A stretch of 64,000 bases of DNA from assembly GCA_019637295.1 (NCBI GenBank), contig JAHBVX010000011.1, positions 17,735 through 81,734 of the forward strand, read 5' to 3'. The notes under the pieces are model-generated. The model searched no databases and had not been told where the DNA came from. It saw only the letters and a list, made by a program, of their open reading frames with translations. Position numbers and translations under genes: made by a program. The first letter of the stretch is position 1. The number at the start of each line of letters is the position of its first letter. Shown one piece after another: positions 60,440 to 64,000 of the stretch. The stretch comes from Polyangiaceae bacterium (lineage in GTDB: Bacteria > Myxococcota_A > Polyangia > Polyangiales > Polyangiaceae).

Positions 60440-61338
60440 CCGCCACCTTCCGGGCTCGACAGTTCCCGAACGAGCGCTCGGGCGGGTTCGTACTTGGGGC
60501 TGAGCCTCAGCGCGTGGCGCGCGGCCCGCAGCGCCTCGTCGCGGCGCGCGAGCGCGGCGAGCGCGCGTGCGCGTGCGGTGTGGTGCAGGGCCGTGGAGCG
60601 CGCCCGCAGCACCACGTCGAGCTCGGCGAGGGCCGAGCTGCGATCCGCACGCGCGGGCCCTGGCCGACCCGCCTGCTCGTGGATCTCGGCGCGCAGCAAC
60701 AGGTACTCGGCGCGCACGCCGGCGCTGGCGACCAGCGCGCTCGCGTGAGTCAGGGCCGAGTCGAGCTGACCGCGGGCGCGCTCGACGCGAATGAGCGCCA
60801 GGCGGATGACCACCGCTCCGTGAGCTCGCTCCAGGCCGTCCAGATAACCTCGCGCGGCGCGCTCCAGGTTGCCTCGCTGTTCGTCGAGCTGTCCCCGCGC
60901 CAGAATGAGCTCGGGAGACGGCGCCAGCGCGACGGCCCGATCGTAGTCGCGCCACGCCTCCTCCGGGCGCCGAAGCGCAAGCAGGAGCTCCGCGCGAGTG
61001 CGCAGCGCGAGCACGGACGGCGCTCCACTGCTCGAGTAGCGGTCCAGGTCGAGCAGCGCGCGCTTCGCGTCGCCGCGGTCGCGCCAGAGCTGTGCGCGCT
61101 CGAGGTACAGCGCGCGGGATGTGGGCTCGAGTCGCTCCACCGTCTGCAGTTCGCGTGCAGCCTGACCCAGCCTTCCTAGGCGGCGAAGCACCGAGGCCCG
61201 CTCCAGTCGCAGGGCGGGGTCGCTCGGGCGCTCGGCGATGGCGCGCCCGAGCCGCTCGAGATCCGCGCTCGGCCCCGCATGCGCGCTCGCGCCGGCTGCC
61301 AGCGTGATGATCGCGAGCCCGAGCAATGCCGATCGCAC
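60436..61338 (-). CDS. secreted TPR-repeat protein
   Basis: 300 aa with signal peptide MRSALLGLAIITLAAGASAHA. It has repeated 34-residue helical units (RLERASVLRRLGRLGQAARELQTVERLEP, YLERAQLWRDRGDAKRALLDLD and others). Its stop overlaps the phosphoesterase start as ATGA. Confidence 0.8.
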   Translation of the reverse strand: MRSALLGLAIITLAAGASAHAGPSADLERLGRAIAERPSDPALRLERASVLRRLGRLGQAARELQTVERLEPTSRALYLERAQLWRDRGDAKRALLDLDRYSSSGAPSVLALRTRAELLLALRRPEEAWRDYDRAVALAPSPELILARGQLDEQRGNLERAARGYLDGLERAHGAVVIRLALIRVERARGQLDSALTHASALVASAGVRAEYLLLRAEIHEQAGRPGPARADRSSALAELDVVLRARSTALHHTARARALAALARRDEALRAARHALRLSPKYEPARALVRELSSPEGGG

Positions 61339-61410
61339 GAGCGCAGTGTACCAGCGATTCGAGCCTGCGTCTCGGACGGCGATCTGGCGGCATTGGGAGG
61401 GCGCTGGGGC

Positions 61411-64000
61411 TCATGCCATGGGCCCAGCCACCCCCGCGAGCAGGTCCGCTAGCACCCGGCGCTCGTCGGCGTCGGTCACGTGCTCGAGCGCGGCGTTCTT
61501 CTCCGCCACGACCGCCGCCACCAGGAGCGACAGAGCGCCGCGATCCCGAGCGGCGCGCGCCAGCAAGGCTCGCACCTCCACGCTGGCGCCGAAGGTGACG
61601 CATCGGGTCCTCCGATCGTAGGCTATGGCTTCGTTCGACGACTCGAGCCCCAGCTTCACGGCACTCGAGCCGACGCCTCCCAGCGCGACACGCAGCGCGT
61701 CGAGTCCGGCACGCTCATCGTCGCTCGGCCGAGACGCTCGCTCATCTTCCCCGCTGCGACCGAAGAGGCGGCTCAGCCACCCGCGACGCGCCGGGGGCGG
61801 CGCCTCAGCGTGCGCCAGCCCCACTGGATCGGCGCCAAGCTCACGGAGCAACCCGGGAGCCCGCTCCCGCAGCACCTCGACCAGGCTGCCCGTCCGGGGC
61901 AGCACGAAGGTCCCCAGCGCGAGGGGGAACTCGCCGTCGGCGCTGCTGTGCGCGCAGGCCACCCACACGCAGCCGTGCCTGTGGACCTCTTCGATGACCG
62001 CGCTCGCCGGCAGTGAGTGACCGAGCGCGTCGACTGCGTGCAGGTCCGGCGTTGGCGCGCCGAGTAGAGCCAGCGTCCAGTCCATGCGCTCAAGGGCCTC
62101 CGGCGGCGCATGGGGTCGCGCGGCCTCGGTCAGGTTCTGACAGGCGTGCAGCAGGAAGTCGTCCAGCGCGGCGGCATGCGTGGTGACGTCACCGGCGACG
62201 AGCAGGTGGCCGGCGATGGGAATGCGCGCGTCGATCGCGGCATGGACGACCGAGCGACTCGCGGCGTGCAGTTCGGCCTTGCTGCTCGTGTCGACGACCA
62301 GGGAAGCGTCGCCGCCGGGCGCGGGAAGCCACAGCCAGCCGGCGATACGGAGCCCGGTCAGTCGCGCCAGACCGAACTCTGCTGCCAGAGTTGGACCCTC
62401 GGGTGCCAACGCGGTGCGCAGGGCCAGCTCGGCGGCGCTCCAGACGTCGCGCACCGCGCGATCGGCGTGTGGGCGACTCGCTGGCCTCCGGAAGCTCGAG
62501 TCAGGTCGCACCCGCGGGTCGTCGACCGCGGCCAAGAGGGGCCACGGCAGCTCGGGAGTGAGCTGACACAGCGGCCTCCGGCCCACGCTGAGCGCGATGC
62601 TCGAGCCCCGGCCATCGGCCAGCGCTGGGCGGATGATGCCGATCTCGCCCGGCTGCTGCTGGTCGCTCGCGGGCACGACGAGCATGCACTCTGCCCGCTG
62701 CTCGGTCGAGAGCCTGATGTCCTCCAGCGGCGGCTGCTGGCGGCGCTCGTCGTCCTCGCGCTCGCGCAGCAGTTGGCGGGTCGCGCGCGCGAGCTCGACA
62801 GCGCCCTTCAGCGCCTCGGCTTCGCTCTCGGTCAAGCGCAGGACCGGTCGTCGACGCTGGCGCGTGGGGTAGGGCGGTTCGAGCTCCGTCCAGCGCCACT
62901 TGCCGTCGAGCAGAGCCTCGAGCGAGTGCCAGCCGCCCTCGATGTCGGGGAACAGCGGTAGCCCGCTGAGCTTCTTGCCGATTCCTTGTCGGCCCGCGCG
63001 CTGGCTGACCAGCTCACGCAAGGCGGCGCGTGCTCGTTCGGGTGGGTCGGCCTCTTGACGCACGAGGCGCACCAGATGGTCGAGCAGCGAACGAGTGACT
63101 CGCCGCGTCAGCTCTGTACGAAACGCTTCGCCCACATCCGTGGACTCGACCCGCGCGACGATGCTCAGCGCCAGCGGCCCCTGGATTGGAAAGCGCGCGG
63201 AGCCGCCGTCGAGGGTCAGCACGGTCAGCGAAGGCGAGTCGCCTGTCGCTAGTTCGGCCTCACCCTCGGCCTGCTCCTCGCCGAGCTGCGCGAGAGTCCT
63301 CCGCAGTCTCGGATCGATGGCCTCCCCCAGCAAGCGAGCGGGAGCGAGCGGGAGCGAGCCGCCACGCGCGCGTTGAAGGGTGTCGAGGGCGTCGGTCACG
63401 TCGCGCAGGACGAAGCCGAGCGCTGCCAGGAGCCGGCCGAGGGCAGCTCCGACGGGAGAGTCGAGCAAGAGCAGCACGGGCTCGTCCAGATCCGAGCGCA
63501 CCGACCCCGCGCGCCAGCTGTGCCAGCGCATGCGCGAGGTCCACAGCTGCCCGCTCGCGCGGACCAGGGCTGGGAGGGCGCTCGGAGCGCCCTGCGCCGT
63601 TGGCCACGCGAGGGTGGGCGCCTGCAGCTCGACCGCGAGGGTGTGCGCGCCATCGGCGGCGAGCAGCGCGGCGGCCAGTGCGGTCAAGCGGCGGTCGGCG
63701 CTCCAGCCGGCGGGGTCGCGCTTCAGTCCCTGAGAGACCAGCGTGAGGCTCGCCGCCTCGATGACCTTGCGCAAGAAGGGGTAGCCCTCGACGCGCAGCC
63801 CGCCGTTCGCCGCCACTAGCTGCTCATCCGACAGCTCCGCGCGCCCCACGACGTTTCCGGGCAGCTCGGGCCCCTCCAGCAGACACAGCTCGTGACCCTC
63901 GATCTGTACGACGACGCGCGCCGCCTCGGGCGACGCGGCGCTCGGTAGGCGCAGAGAGACGACGACACGAGTGCCATGAGCGGTGCCTGCCTTGCGAGCG
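61411..64000 (-). CDS. large uncharacterised protein, 5'-truncated by the window edge (more than 860 aa visible)
   Basis: The track gives ORF 61411..63849. I checked the same minus frame from 63850 to 64000 and found no stop, so the gene very probably starts beyond the window. GC3 bias is strong and I recognise no motifs. Confidence 0.7.
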   Translation of the reverse strand, partial: ARKAGTAHGTRVVVSLRLPSAASPEAARVVVQIEGHELCLLEGPELPGNVVGRAELSDEQLVAANGGLRVEGYPFLRKVIEAASLTLVSQGLKRDPAGWSADRRLTALAAALLAADGAHTLAVELQAPTLAWPTAQGAPSALPALVRASGQLWTSRMRWHSWRAGSVRSDLDEPVLLLLDSPVGAALGRLLAALGFVLRDVTDALDTLQRARGGSLPLAPARLLGEAIDPRLRRTLAQLGEEQAEGEAELATGDSPSLTVLTLDGGSARFPIQGPLALSIVARVESTDVGEAFRTELTRRVTRSLLDHLVRLVRQEADPPERARAALRELVSQRAGRQGIGKKLSGLPLFPDIEGGWHSLEALLDGKWRWTELEPPYPTRQRRRPVLRLTESEAEALKGAVELARATRQLLREREDDERRQQPPLEDIRLSTEQRAECMLVVPASDQQQPGEIGIIRPALADGRGSSIALSVGRRPLCQLTPELPWPLLAAVDDPRVRPDSSFRRPASRPHADRAVRDVWSAAELALRTALAPEGPTLAAEFGLARLTGLRIAGWLWLPAPGGDASLVVDTSSKAELHAASRSVVHAAIDARIPIAGHLLVAGDVTTHAAALDDFLLHACQNLTEAARPHAPPEALERMDWTLALLGAPTPDLHAVDALGHSLPASAVIEEVHRHGCVWVACAHSSADGEFPLALGTFVLPRTGSLVEVLRERAPGLLRELGADPVGLAHAEAPPPARRGWLSRLFGRSGEDERASRPSDDERAGLDALRVALGGVGSSAVKLGLESSNEAIAYDRRTRCVTFGASVEVRALLARAARDRGALSLLVAAVVAEKNAALEHVTDADERRVLADLLAGVAGPMA

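Overview
This is a very GC-rich bacterial chromosome segment. Third codon positions are almost always G/C, so the six-frame track is full of long spurious antisense and alternate-frame ORFs. I call about 46 protein-coding genes and found no rRNA, tRNA, CRISPR array, transposase or integrase. The gene content points to Myxococcota (inference): five proteins end in a Cys-containing MYXO-CTERM-type sorting tag, and there are many Cys-rich secreted proteins, an ECF sigma/anti-sigma pair and a Ser/Thr kinase fused to an ATPase/TPR module. Housekeeping genes are interspersed throughout: gltX, speA, deoA, hisD, accC-like, cysK, xseA, aroE, hflKC and rfbC. The best candidate for an undescribed system is at 7965-23473. 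A WYL-domain regulator is divergently paired with three giant Cys-rich surface proteins. Two of these are tandem paralogs with divergent VWA/MIDAS-type heads, while about 3 kb of their stalk and MYXO-CTERM anchor is nearly base-for-base identical. The third is a probable lipoprotein that starts at an ATGA overlap and ends in an FGE/SUMF1-like domain. An EgtD-family methyltransferase and another MYXO-CTERM protein follow. Other points of interest: a TraA/TraB-like receptor pair (4539-7194); a CPBP intramembrane protease that could process MYXO-CTERM tags (1498-2472); a stand-alone MshEN-type c-di-GMP receptor with a near-perfect tandem binding motif (35840-36853); an ECF-sigma operon ending in a modular 8-Cys repeat protein (48353-51618); and a large uncharacterised protein running off the right edge (61411-64000). 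All functional calls come from reading motifs by eye. No database search was run.
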